Shown here piece by piece: positions 49,301 through 62,900 of a stretch of 64,000 nucleotides of DNA (the first letter of the stretch is position 1; every line of letters starts with the position of its first letter). A program made the position numbers and the translations under genes. The DNA comes from Nemertoderma westbladi (taxonomy: Eukaryota > Animalia > Xenacoelomorpha), in assembly GCA_032718475.1 (NCBI GenBank), contig JAUCBJ010007002.1, forward strand, positions 9,028 through 73,027, written 5' to 3'. The notes beneath the pieces were generated by a model that made no database searches, had not been told where the DNA came from, and saw only the letters and a program-made list of their open reading frames with translations.

Positions 49301-51194
49301 AACTAATAATTATGTAAAAATTAAATCATATTTCATACAATAATTATTAATAAATTCGATCTATTATTAGTTGCTCAATTCTAGAACAAAATCGACCTGC
49401 AACTAGTGAAGACCTCGTTTTGGAATTTCGAAACCACGCTGGTGCGATGCGCGATATCGTGTTTAGTTAATAAATTGAAAACTCCACCAATTCATGTGCA
49501 ACCAGTAATAAGAAATCGCGATAAATGTAATTAAATAAAAATTATTCTAGAAAAATTTTCTTCAAAAAGTATGAAGTCTTGGCGTTGGTGACGCGAAACT
49601 AGGCTAGTGAGATTCAGAATATTGCGTTTAATATAAGAATCGAAAACGCTATCGAATTCCGTAAAGGCGTTAATAACAACTTTTTTGAAATTTGTAAAAT
49701 TCTAGAACTAGAAAAAATTAATTTTTGAACGGTGCTGTTTGGGGTTTCGAAAAATGGATAGGCTGAAAGAGGACGTCGAATTAAGTTGAAAAATAAAAAC
49801 CCCATCGAATTTGGACAAAGCGTTCCGGAGTTATAGCGGATCGAAAAAAATTTACCCCCCCCCCAGTCGCCAAAAATTTACAGTAATTTAAAATTTTGCA
49901 AAAAAAATTTTTTGCGTTATTTTTGATGGCGAATCGATTGGCAGTACTGGCTACAAAAATTTTTTTTTGAAATTTTTGGTCAGAAAAAAAAACATGGAAA
50001 AAGTATCTTTTTAAAAAGATTTGATGTCTTTGCCTATGGTCAGAGAATGATCCAACTCTGTAACTTGGCAATTGCTCAAATCCATTCCGCTGAATGGCAC
50101 AGTAGAGTAAACTAAAGTAATAAACTAAAGTAAATTCCCTATAGAATGTTCTGAAGGGGAGACTGACAGAGAGTAATCCAACAATAAAACATTTTGCAAT
50201 AATGTTGGCATTAATGTAGCCAACACACTGTGTACTAAACCGTCATTCACCTTACATTAGCAGAGGGAGAAACTTGGATACTCAACTAGAATGGATTGGG
50301 AAGAGTTGTTCAGCTGAGGCAATAATAGATTTCAAACTAAACCAACCATTTTATATTTGCTTTGACAAGGTTATTAACCAAATACAGATAATAAGAAGTG
50401 ATTTTTATATTTCAAACTATAAATGTTAGTCTTAGCCTTACAGAGTATCAGTATAAGGCTGAGTAAACATTCCACCTTATAAGCATACAGCCTCCACAGT
50501 ATTAATGTTGGCATTAATGTAGCCGATACACTGTATACCTAATAGTCATTCAGCAGGGGGAAGAGTTATTCAGCTGAGGCGGTAATAGATTGCAAACTAA
50601 ACCAACCAGTTGGCAGCCTCATCGATTTATACTAAATCAACCAGTTAATATTTGCTTTGACAAAGAGTGCAGGGCCTAAACAAACAGTATGGGTGTACTA
50701 AGTACAATAATCTTGGCAACCTCATCGATTTATACTAAGCCTTGTGTAGAAATGCATTACATAAGCCATTTTTCATCAGGACACCAGCTGTCATGGGTGT
50801 TATTTTACCATTGCGCCTATGGCGTTTTTTCGTTTATCTCTATTTTTCGAGCCCAGAGGCCATGGACGGAGTAGCCGATCATGCCAGGGACCTTAGAATC
50901 GCGGTATCTAGATGCTGTGAAAATTTCATCAAAATCGTTAGAGTAGTTTTGGCTGTAGATTAGCCAGTCAGCCAGCCAGTCAGCTAACAATTCTTACAGT
51001 AATGAACCTCTCGGTTCCTAACTAGTGACGGGCCTAGCGGCCCGATAAGGAACCGACTTTTTATTTTAAATAAAAGAGACAATGAAAATTAGTATAGAAC
51101 TAATAATTATGTAAAAATACAATCACATTTCAAACAATAATTATTAATAAGTCGATCTATTATTAGTTGCTCAATCTCAATTCTAGAACAAAAT

Positions 51195-51520
51195 GTAAAT
51201 TGTGTTATTTATTTTATAAGTATTTACACAATATATATAAACAAACTTTATCATGTATAGCATCCATCATTAATAATTGAGCTAAGATAGTTGATTCGAA
51301 TAGTTGCAACGTTACTATCAGCACCGAATGCCATCCAAACTAATTAACCGACAATTATCACCTTAATCAACCTCCGATAAAACACAACCAAACTCGCTCA
51401 CAACTAATTCCCATCTCTGTACCGAGAACCAAAGTTTTCTTTGATCAGAGACTCACAAATTGAGTCGCGTTTTCCGTTCTGCATCTCCGCTACATGATGC
51501 CAAAATCGACAGGACAGAAC
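51195..51520 (-). mobile_element. 326-bp insertion with a 10-bp TSD, possibly a 5'-truncated non-LTR retrocopy
   Basis: AGAACAAAAT at 51185-51194 and 51521-51530; absent from sister units; AATAAA near the minus-strand 3' end. Confidence 0.65.
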
Positions 51521-54500
51521 AGAACAAAATCGACCTGCAACTAGTGAAGACCTCGTTTTGGAATTTCGAAACCATGCTGGTGCGATGCGCAATATCGTGT
51601 TTAGTTAATAAATTGAAAACTCCATCAATTCATGTGCAACCAGTAATAAGAAATCGCTATAAATGTAATTAAATAAAAATTATTCTAGAAAAATTTTCCT
51701 CAAAAAGTATGAAGTCTTGGCGTTGGTGACGCGAAACTAGGCTAGTGAGATTCAGGATATTGCATTTAATATAAGAATCGAAAACGCTATCGAATTCCGT
51801 AAAGGCGTTAATAAAATACTGCAACTTTTTTGAAATTTGTAAAATTCTAAAACTAGAAAAAATTAAATTTTGAACGGCGCTGTTTGGGGTTTCGAAACAT
51901 GGATAGACTGAAAGAGGACATCGAATTAAGTTGAAAAATAAAAACCCCATCGAATTTGGACAAAGCGTTCCGGAGTTATAGCGGATCGAAAAAAATTGAC
52001 CCCCCCCCCCCAGTTGCCAAAAATTTACAGTAATTTAAAATTTTGCAAAAAAAATTTTTTGCGTTATTTTTGATGGCGAATCGATTGGCAGTACTGGCTA
52101 CGAAAAAATTTTTTTGAAATTTTTGGTCAGAAAAAAAAACATGGAAAAATTATATTTTTAAAAAGATTTGTCTTTGCCTACAGTATGGTCAGAGAATGAT
52201 CCAACTCTGTAACTTGGCAATCGCTCAAATCCATTCAGCTGAATGGCACAGTAGAGTAAACTAAAGTAAATTCCCTATACAATGTTCTGAAGGGGAGACT
52301 GACAGAGAGTAATCCAACAATAAAACATTTTGCAATAATGTTGGCATTAATGTAGCCAACACACTGTGTACTTAAGTCATTCAGCTTACATTAGCAGAGT
52401 GAGATACTTACATAGAATGCATTGTGAAGAGTAATTCAGCTGAGGCGATAATAGATTTCAAACTAAACCAACCAGTTAATATTTGCTTTGACAGAGTGTC
52501 CTAGGGCCTAAACAAACAGTATGGGTGTACAGAGTACAATAATCATGGCAACCTCATCGATTTATACTAAGCCTTGTGTAGAAATCCATTACATAAGCCA
52601 TTTTTCATCACGACACCAGCTGTTATTGGTGTTATTTTACCATTGCGCCTATGGCGTTTTTTCGTTTATGTCTATTTTTCGAGCCCAGAGGCTATGGACG
52701 GAGTAGCCGATCATGCCAGGGACCTTAGAATCGCGGTATCTAGCCGCTGTGAAAATTTCATCAAAATCGTTAGAGTAGTTTTGGCTGTAGATCAGCCAGC
52801 CAGCCAGTCAGCCACGAGCAATTCTTACAGTAATGAACCTCTCGGTTCCTAACTAGTGACGGGCCTAGCGGCCCGATAAGGAACCGACTTTTTATTTTAA
52901 ATAAAAGAGACAACGAGAATTAGTATAGAACTAATAATTATCTAAAAATACAATCATATTTCATACAATAATTATTAATAAATTCGATCCATTATTAGTT
53001 GCTCAATTCTAGAACAAAATCGACCTGCAACTAGTGAAGACCTCGTTTTGGAATTTCGAAACCACGCTGGTGCGATGCGCAATATCGTGTTTAGTTAATA
53101 AATTGAAAACTCCATCAATTCATGTGCAATCAGTAATAAGAAATCGCGATAAATGTAATTAAATAAAAATTATTCTAGAAAAATTTCCTCAAAAAGTATG
53201 AAATCTTGGCATTGGTGACGCGAAACTAGGCTAGTGCGATTCAGGATATTGCGTTTAATATAAAAATCGAAAACGCTATCGAATTCCGTAAAGGCGTTAA
53301 TAAAATACTGCAACTTTTTTGAAATTTGTAAAATTCTAGAACTAGAAAAAAATAATTTTTGAACGGCGCTGTTTGGGGTTTCGAAACATGGATAGGCTGA
53401 AAGAGGACATCGAATTAAGTTGAAAAATGAAAACCCCATCGAATTTGGACAAAGCGTTCCGGAGTTATAGCGGATCGAAAAAAATTGACCCCCCCCAGTC
53501 GCCAAAAATTTACAGTAATTTAAAATTTTGCAAAAAAAATTTTTTGCGTTATTTTTGATGGCGAATCGATTGGCAGTACTGGCTACGAAAAATTTTTTTT
53601 GAAATTTTTGGTCAGAAAAAAAAACATGGAAAAAGTATATTCATAAAAAGATTTGATGTCTTTGCCTTATGGTCAGAGAATGATCCAACTCTGTACTTGC
53701 CAATCGCTCAAATCCATTCAGCTGAATGGCACAGTAGAGTAAACTAAAGTAAATTCCCTATACAATGTTCTGAAGGGGAGACTGACAGAGAGTAATCCAA
53801 CAATAAAACATTTTGCAATAATGTTGGCATTAATGTAGCCAACACACTGTGTACTTAAATCATTCAGCTTACATTAGCAGAGTGAGATATTCCCATAGTA
53901 TGCATTGGGAAGAGTAATTCAGCTGAGGCGATAATAGATTTCAAACTAAACCAACCAGTTAATATTTGCTTTGACAGAGTGTCCTAGGGCCTAAACAAAC
54001 AGTATGGGTGTACTGAGTACAATAATCTTGGCAACCTCATCGATTTATACTAAGCCTTGTGTAGAAATCCATTACATAAGCCATTTTTCATCACGACACC
54101 AGCTGTTATTGGTGTTATTTTACCATTGCGCCTATGGCGTTTTTTCGTTTATGTCTATTTTTCAAGCCCACGGCTCATGGACGAAATAGCGGAACATACC
54201 AGGGACCTTAGAATCGCGGTATCTAGCCGCTGTGAAAATTTCATCAAAATCGTTAGAGTAGTTTTGGCTGTAGATCAGTCAGCCAGCCAGTCAGTCAGCC
54301 ACGAGCAATTCTTACAGTAATGAACCTCTCGGTTCCTAACTAGTGACGGGCCTAGCGGCCCGATAAGGAACCGACTTTTTATTTTAATTTAAAAGAGACA
54401 ACGAGAATTAGTATAGAACTAATAATTATGTAAAAATACAATCATATTTCATACAATAATTATTAATAAATTTGATCTATTATTATTTGCTCAATTCTAG

Positions 54501-57388
54501 AACAAAATCGACCTGCAACTAGTGAAGACCTCGTTTTGGAATTTCGAAACCACGCTGGTGCGATGCGCGATATCGTGTTTAGTTAATAAATTGAAAACTC
54601 CATCAGTTCATGTGCAACCAGTAATAAGAAATCGCGATAAATGTAATTAAATAAAAATTATTCTAGAAAAATTTTCCTCAAAAAGTATGAAGTCTTGGCA
54701 TTGGTGACGCGAAACTAGGCTAGTGAGATTCAGGATATTGCGTTTAATATAAAAATCGAAAACGCTATCGAATTCCGTAAAGGCGTTAATAAAATACTGC
54801 AACTTTTTTGAAATTTGTAAAATTCTAGAACTAGGAAAAATTAATTTTTGAACGGCGCTGTTTGGGGTTTCCAAACATGGATAGGCTGAAAGAGGACATC
54901 GAATTAAGTTGAAAAATGAAAACCCCATCGAATTTGGACAAAGCGTTCCGGAGTTATAGCGGATCGAAAAAAATTGCCCCCCCCCCAGTCGCCAAAAATT
55001 TACAGTAATTTAAAATTTTGCAAAAAAAATTTTTTGCGTTATTTTTGATGGCGAATCGATTGGCAGTACTGGCTACAAAAATTTTTTTTTTGAAATTTTT
55101 GGTCAGAAAAAAAAACATGGAAAAAGTATATTTTTAAAAAGATTTCATGTCTTTGCCTATGGTCAGAGAATGATCCAACTCTGTAACTTGGCAATCGCTC
55201 AGAGTATCAGTATAAGGCTGAGTAAACATTCCACCTTATAAGCATACAGCCTCCACAGTATTAATGTTGGCATTAATGTAGCCGATACACTGTATACCTA
55301 ATAGTCATTCAGCAGGGGGAAGAGTTATTCAGCTGAGGCGGTAATAGATTGCAAACTAAACCAACCAGTTGGCAGCCTCATCGATTTATACTAAGCCTGT
55401 GTAGAACCACAAACTAAATCAACCAGTTCATATTTGCTTTGACAGGGCCTAAACAAACAGTATGGGTGTACTGAGTACAATAATCTTGGCAACCTCATCG
55501 ATTTATACTAAGCCTTGTGTAGAAATACATTACATAAGCCATTTTTCATCACGACACCAGCTGTCATTGGCGTTATTTTACCATTGCGCCAATGGCGTTT
55601 TTTCGTTTATGTCAATTTTTCGAGCCCACGGCTCATGGACGAAATAGCGGAACATACCTGAGACCTTAGAATCGCGGTATCCAGCCGCTGTGAAAATTTC
55701 ATCAAAATCGTTAGAGTAGTTTTGACTGTAGATCAGCCAGTCAATCAATCAATCAATCAGCGAGCAATTCTTACAGTAACTAGTGACGGGCCTAGCGGCC
55801 CGATAAGGAACCGACTTTTTATTTTAAATAAAAGAGACAACGAGAATTAGTATAGAACTAATAATTATGTAAAAATACAATCATATTTCATACAATAATT
55901 ATTAATAAATTCGATCTATTATTAGTTGCTCAATTCTAGAACAAAATCGACCTGCAACTAGTGAAGACCTCGTTTAGGAATTTCGAAACCACGCTGGTGC
56001 GATGCGCGATATCGTGTTACGTTAATAAATTTAAAACTCCATCAATTCATGTGCAACCAGTAATTAAGAAATCGCGATAAATGTAATTAAATAAAAATTA
56101 TTCTAGAAAACTTTTCCTCAAAAAGTATGAAGTCTTGGCATTGGTGACGCGAAACTAGGCTATTGAGATTCAGGATATTGCGTTTAATATAAAAATCGAA
56201 AACGCTATCGAATTCCGTAAAGGCGTTAATAAAATACTGCAACTTTTTTGAAATTTGTAAAATTCTAGAACTAGAAAAAATTAATTTTTGAACGGCGCTG
56301 TTTGGGTTTTCGAAGCATGGATAGGCTAAAAGAGGACATCGAATTAAGTTGAAAAATGAAAACCCCATCGAATTTGGACAAAGCGTTCCGGAGTTATAGC
56401 GGATCGAAAAAAAAATGACCCCCCCCAGTCGCCAAAAATTTACAGTAATTTAAAATTTTGCAAAAAAAATTTTTTGCGTTATTTTTGATGGAGAATCGAT
56501 TGGCAGTACTGGCTACGAAAAAATTTTTTTTGAAATTTTTGGTCAGAAAAAAAAACATGGAAAAAGTATATTTTTAAAAAGATTTGATGTCTTTGCCTAT
56601 GGTCAGAGAATGATCCAACTCTGTAACTTGGCAATCGCTCAAATCCATTCAGCTGAATGGCACAGTAGAGTAAACTAAAGTAAATTCCCTATACAATGTT
56701 CTGAAGGGGAGACTGACAATAAAACATTTTGCAATAATGTTGGCATTAATGTAGCCAACACACTGTGTACTTAAGTCATTCAGCTTACATTAGCAGAGTG
56801 AGATATTCCCATAGTATGCATTGGGAAGAGTAATTCAGCTGAGGCGATGAATAGATTTCAAACTAAACCAACCAGTTAATATTTGCTTTGACAGAGTGTC
56901 CTAGGGCCTAAACAAACACTATGGGTGTACTGAGTACAATAATCTTGGCAACCTCATCGATTTATACTAAGCCTTGTGAAGAAATCCATTACATAAGCCA
57001 TTTTTCATCACGACACCAGCTGTTATTGGTGTTATTTTACCATTGCGCCTATGGCGTTTTTTCGTTTATGTTTATTTTTCGAGCCCACGGCTCATGGACG
57101 AAATAGCGGAACATACCAGGGACCTTAGAATCGCGGTATCTAGCCGCTGTGAAAATTTCATCAAAATCGTTAGAGTAGTTTTGGCTGTAGATCAGCCAGT
57201 CAATCAATCAATCAGCCAACAATTCTTACAGTAATGAACCTCTCGGTTCCTAATGAACCTCTCGGTTCCTAACTAGTGACGGGCCTAGCGGCCCGATAAG
57301 GAACCGACTTTTTATTTCAAATAAAAGAGACAACGAGCTCGGCTCGGTCTTGCACGATTGGGCACGATTAAGTTCGACTTGGCTTGAT

Positions 57389-57880
57389 CGGCTCGGCTCG
57401 GCTCGGTTCGGTTCGGCTCGGCTCGGCTCGGCTCGGCTCGGCTCGGCTCGGCTCGGCTCGGCTCGGCTCGGCTCGGCTCGGCTCGGCTCGGTTCGGCTTG
57501 GCTCGGTTCGGCTCGGTTCGGCTCGGCTCGGCTCGGCTCGGCTCGGCTCGGCTCGGCTCGGCTCGGTTCGGCTCGGCTCGGCTCGGCTCGGCTCGGCTCG
57601 GCTCGGCTCGGCTCGGCTCGGCTCGGCTCGGCTCGGCTCGGCTCGGCTCGGCTCGGCTCGGCTCGGCTCGGCTCGGCTCGGCTCGGCTCGGCTCGGCTCG
57701 GCTCGGCTCGGCTCGGCTCGGCTCGGCTCGGTTCGGCTCGGCTCGGTCGGCTCGGCTCGGCTCGGCTCGGCACGGCTCGGCTCGGCTCGGCTCGGCTCGG
57801 CTCGGCTCGGCTCGGCTCGGCTTGGCTTGGCTCGGCTCGGCTTGGCTCGGCTCGGCTTGGCTTGGCTTGGCTCGGCTCGG
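57389..57880. repeat. (GGCTC)n tract, ~98 copies
   Basis: Directly visible. Confidence 0.98.
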
Positions 57881-59085
57881 TCTGAGTCGACTCCCCGTGC
57901 TGCTCGAAGGGCGCAAATACATATATCGAAGGGTCAAAGCAAAACTCACGTGCTGCCTGAAGGGACAAAGTCAAACAATGTGTATATTATTTGATGTAAT
58001 TCACGTGCTGCTCGAAGGGCGCAAATACATATATCGAAGGGTCAAAGCAAAACTCACGTGCTGCTCGAAGGGACAAAGTCAAGCATTGTGTCTATTATTT
58101 GATTATCTCACGTGCTGCTAGAAGGGCGCAACTACATATATCGAAACAAGCCCCTATCTTGTATTTTAATTATATCAGAAATCCTTGCCTTCAGTACAAA
58201 TATCTAAAAATTCATTCACCTGAAGTATGGGTAACATTATGAATTCGTTTTTCGCACAGTAGAGTTAACGAAGCAAATACCCTCCAGGTTGACTGAATGA
58301 TTTTATTAATGTTTGCCATGCATAATGTACTATATTTGGGTCCCATGACCCACCCCATTGAACAGCTTTGCTTACATCTGATAGAAAGTAATCCCAAATT
58401 AACTTCCCTCTACGAAAATTATTTTAATTAAATACATACAACATAGCAGTCAACTCTGCAATCAACAGTACACAATAACTAAAATGGCATTCAGCTTACC
58501 AGCTATTCGCATTAAGCTAATAGATATAGGATTTCATTCGATTCAGTGAGTGTGTGAGGGCTATTGGGAGAGCAATCAGCTTATGATGTAATACATTAGA
58601 ATCCCACGGCTTTTGTTTGCTTACTGTCTGAGTTGTAGAGTGAGGATAATACTTGGCACAGAAAGCATTTCCTTGTTAGGTGGCCATTCCTATAGAATAG
58701 CATTACTAGGCCATCTCTATCCATTTTTCATGAGTGCCAGCTGGTGTTTTTATCATTGCGCCTATGGCGTTTTTTCGTTTATGTCTATTTTTCGAGCCCA
58801 CGGCTCATGGACGAAATAGCGGAACATACCAGGGACCTTAGAATCGCGGTATCTAGCCGCTGTGAAAATTTCATCAAAATCGTTAGAGTAGTTTTGGCTA
58901 TAGATTAGCCAGCCAGCCAGCCAGCCAGCCACGAGCAATTCTTACAGTAATGAACCTCTCGGTTCCTAACTAGTGACGGGCCTAGCGGCCCGATAAGGAA
59001 CCGACTTTTTATTTCAAATAAAAGAGACAACGAGCTCGGCTCGGTCTTGCACGATTGGGCACGATTAAGTTCGACTTGGCTTGAT

Positions 59086-59918
59086 CGGCTCGGTTTGGCT
59101 CGATTAGGCTCGGCTCGGTTTGGCTCGGTTCGGCTCGGCTCGGCTCGGCTCGGCTCGGCTCGGCTCGGCTCGGCTCGGCTCGGCTCGGCTCGGCTCGGCT
59201 CGGCTCGGCTCGGCTCGGCTCGGCTCGGCTCGGCTCGGCTCGGCTCGGCTCGGCTCGGCTCGGCTCGGCTCGGCTCGGCTCGGCTCGGCTCGGCTCGGCT
59301 CGGCTCGGCTCGGCTCGGCTCGGCTCGGCTCGGCTCGGCTCGGCTCGGCTCGGCTCGGCTCGGCTCGGCTCGGCTCGGCTCGGCTCGGCTCGGCTCGGCT
59401 CGGCTCGGCTCGGCTCGGCTCGGCTCGGCTCGGCTCGGCTCGGCTCGGCTCGGCTCGGCTCGGCTCGGCTCGGCTCGGCTCGGCTCGGCTCGGCTCGGCT
59501 CGGCTCGGCTCGGCTCGGCTCGGCTCGGCTCGGCTCGGCTCGGCTCGGCTCGGCTCGGCTCGGCTCGGCTCGGCTCGGCTCGGCTCGGCTCGGCTCGGCT
59601 CGGCTCGGCTCGGCTCGGCTCGGCTCGGCTCGGCTCGGCTCGGCTCGGCTCGGCTCGGCTCGGCTCGGCTCGGCTCGGCTCGGCTCGGCTCGGCTCGGCT
59701 CGGCTCGGCTCGGCTCGGCTCGGCTCGGCTCGGCTCGGCTCGGCTCGGCTCGGCTCGGCTCGGCTCGGCTCGGCTCGGCTCGGCTCGGCTCGGCTCGGCT
59801 CGGCTCGGCTCGGCTCGGCTCGGCTCGGCTCGGCTCGGCTCGGCTCGGCTCGGCTCGGCTCGGCTCGGCTCGGCTCGGCTCGGCTCGGCTCGGCTCGGCT
59901 TGGCTCGGCTTGGCTCGG
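59086..59918. repeat. (GGCTC)n tract, ~165 copies, nearly pure
   Basis: Directly visible. Confidence 0.98.
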
Positions 59919-62900
59919 TCTGAGTCGACTCCCCGTGCTGCTCGAAGGGCGCAAATACATATATCGAAGGGTCAAAGCAAAACTCACGTGCTGCTCGAAG
60001 GGACAAAGTCAAACAATGTGTCTATTATTTGATGTAATTCACGTGCTGCTCGAAGGGCGCAAATACATATATCGAAGGGTCAAAGCAAAACTCACGTGCT
60101 GCTCGAAGGGACAAAGTCAAACATTGTGTCTATTATTTGATCATCTCACGTGCTGCTAGAAGGGCGCAACTACATATATCGAAACAAGCCCCTGTCTTGT
60201 ATTTTAATTATATCAGAAATCGTTGCCTTCAGTACAAATATCTAAAAATTCATTCACCTGAAGTATGGGTAACATTATAAATTCGTTTTTCGCACAGTAG
60301 AGTTAACTAAGCAAATACCCTCCAGGTTGACTGAATGATTTTATTAATGTTTGCCATGCATAATGTACTATATTTGGGTCCCATGACCCACCCCATTGAA
60401 CAGCTTTGCTTACATCTGATAGAAAGTAATCCCAAATTAACTTCCCTCTACGAAAATTATTTTAATTAAATACATACAACATAGCAGTCAACTCTGCTAT
60501 CAACAGTACACAATAACTAAAATGGCATTCAGCTTACCAGCTATTCGCATTAAGCTAATAGATATTCGATTTCATTCGATTCAGTGAGTGTGTGAGGGCT
60601 ATTGGGAGAGCAATCAGCTTATGATGTAATACATTAGAATCCCACAGCTTTTGTTTGCTTACTGTCTGAGTTGTAGAGTGAGGATAATACTTGGCACAGA
60701 AAGCATTTCCTTGTTAGGTGGCCATTCCTATAGAATAGCATTACTAGGCCATCTCTATCCATTTTTCATGAGTGCCAGCTGGTGTTTTTATCATTGCGCC
60801 TATGGCGTTTTTTCGTTTATGTCTATTTTTCGAGCCCACGGCTCATGGACGAAATAGCGGAACATACCAGGGACCTTAGAATCGCGGTATCTAGCCGCTG
60901 TGAAAATTTCATCAAAATCGTTAGAGTAGTTTTGGCTGTAGATCAGTCAGTCAGCCAGCCAGCCAGTCTCGAGCAATTCTTACAGTAATGAACCTCTCGG
61001 TTCCTAACTAGTGACGGGCCTAGCGGCCCGATAAGGAACCGACTTTTTATTTTAAATAAAAGAGACAACGAGAATTAGTATAGAACTAATAATTATGTAA
61101 AAATACAATCATATTTCATACAATAATTATTAATAAATTCGATCTATTATTAGTTGCTCAATTCTAGAACAAAATCGACCTGCAACTAGTGAAGACCTCG
61201 TTTTGGAATTTCGAAACCACGCTGGTGCGATGCGCGATATCGTGTTTAGTTAATAAATTGAAAACTCCATCAATTCATGTGCAACCAGTAATAAGAAATC
61301 GCGATAAATGTAATTAAATAAAAATTATTCTAGAAAAATTTTCCTCAAAAAGTATGAAGTCTTGGCATTGGTGACGCGAAACTAGGCTAGTGAGATTCAG
61401 GATATTGCGTTTAATATAAAAATCGAAAACGCTATCGAATTCCGTAAAGGCGTTAATAAAATACTGCAACTTTTTTGAAATTTGTAAAATTCTAGAACTA
61501 GAAAAAATTAATTTTTGAACGGCGCTGTTTGGGGTTTCGAAACATGGATAGGCTGAAAGAGGACATCGAATTAAGTTGAAAAATGAAAACCCCATCGAAT
61601 TTGGACAAAGCGTTCCGGAGTTATAGCGGATCGAAAAAAATTGACCCCCCCCCAGTCGCCAAAAATTTACAGTAATTTAAAATTTTGCAAAAAAAATTTT
61701 TTGCGTTATTTTTGATGGCGAATCGATTGGCAGTACTGGCTACGAAAAATTTTTTTTTGAAATTTTTGGTCAGAAAAAAAAACATGGAAAAAGTATCTTT
61801 TTAAAAAGATTTGATGTCTTTGCCTATGGTCAGAGAATGATCCAACTCTGTAACTTGGCAATCGCTCAAATCCATTCAGCTGAATGGCACAGTAGAGTAA
61901 ACTAAAGTAAATTCCCTATACAATGTTCTGAAGGGGAGACTGACAGAGAGTAATCCAACAATAAAACATTTTGCAATAATGTTGGTCTTAGCCTTACAGA
62001 GTATCAGTATAAGGCTGAGTAAACATTCCACCTTATAAGCATACAGCCTCCACAGTATTAATGTTGGCATTAATGTAGCCGATACACTGTATACCTAATA
62101 GTCATTCAGCAGGGGGAAGAGTTATTCAGCTGAGGCGGTAATAGATTGCAAACTAAACCAACCAGTTGGCAGCCTCATCGATTTATACTAAGCCTGTGTA
62201 GAACCACAAACTAAATCAACCAGTTAATATTTGCTTTGACAGAGAGTGCAGGGCCTAAACAAACAGTATGGGTGTACTGAGTATAATAATCTTGGCAACC
62301 TCATCGATTTATTACTAAGCCTTGTGTAGAAATGCATTACATAAGCCATTTTTCATCAGGACACCAGCTGTCATTGGTGTTATTTTACCATTGCGCCTAT
62401 GGCGTTTTTTCGTTTATGTCTATTTTTCGAGCCCACGGCTCATGGACGAAATAGCGGAACATACCAGGGACCTTAGAATCGCGGTATCTAGCCGCTGTGA
62501 AAATTTCATCAAAATCGTTAGAGTAGTTTTGGCTGTAGATTAGCCAGCCAGTCAGCAGTCAATCAGCCAACAATTCTTACAGTAATGAACCTCTCGGTTC
62601 CTAACTAGTGACGGGCCTAGCGGCCCGATAAGGAACCGACTTTTTATTTTAAATAAAAGAGACAACGAGAATTAGTATAGAACTAATAATTATGTAAAAA
62701 TACAATCATATTTCATACAATAATTATTAATAAATTCGATCTATTATTAGTTACTCAATTCTAGAACAAAATCGATCTGCAACTAGTGAAGACCTCGTTT
62801 TGGAATTTCGAAACCACGCTGGTGCGATGCGCGATATCGTGTTTAGTTAATAAATTGAAAACTCCTTCAATTCATGTGCAACCAGTAATAAGAAATCGCG

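Noticed and set aside
42237-60159. Long ORFs of GSARL or AEPSR repeats
   Set aside because: They are translations of stop-free (GGCTC)n tracts, open in several frames on both strands.
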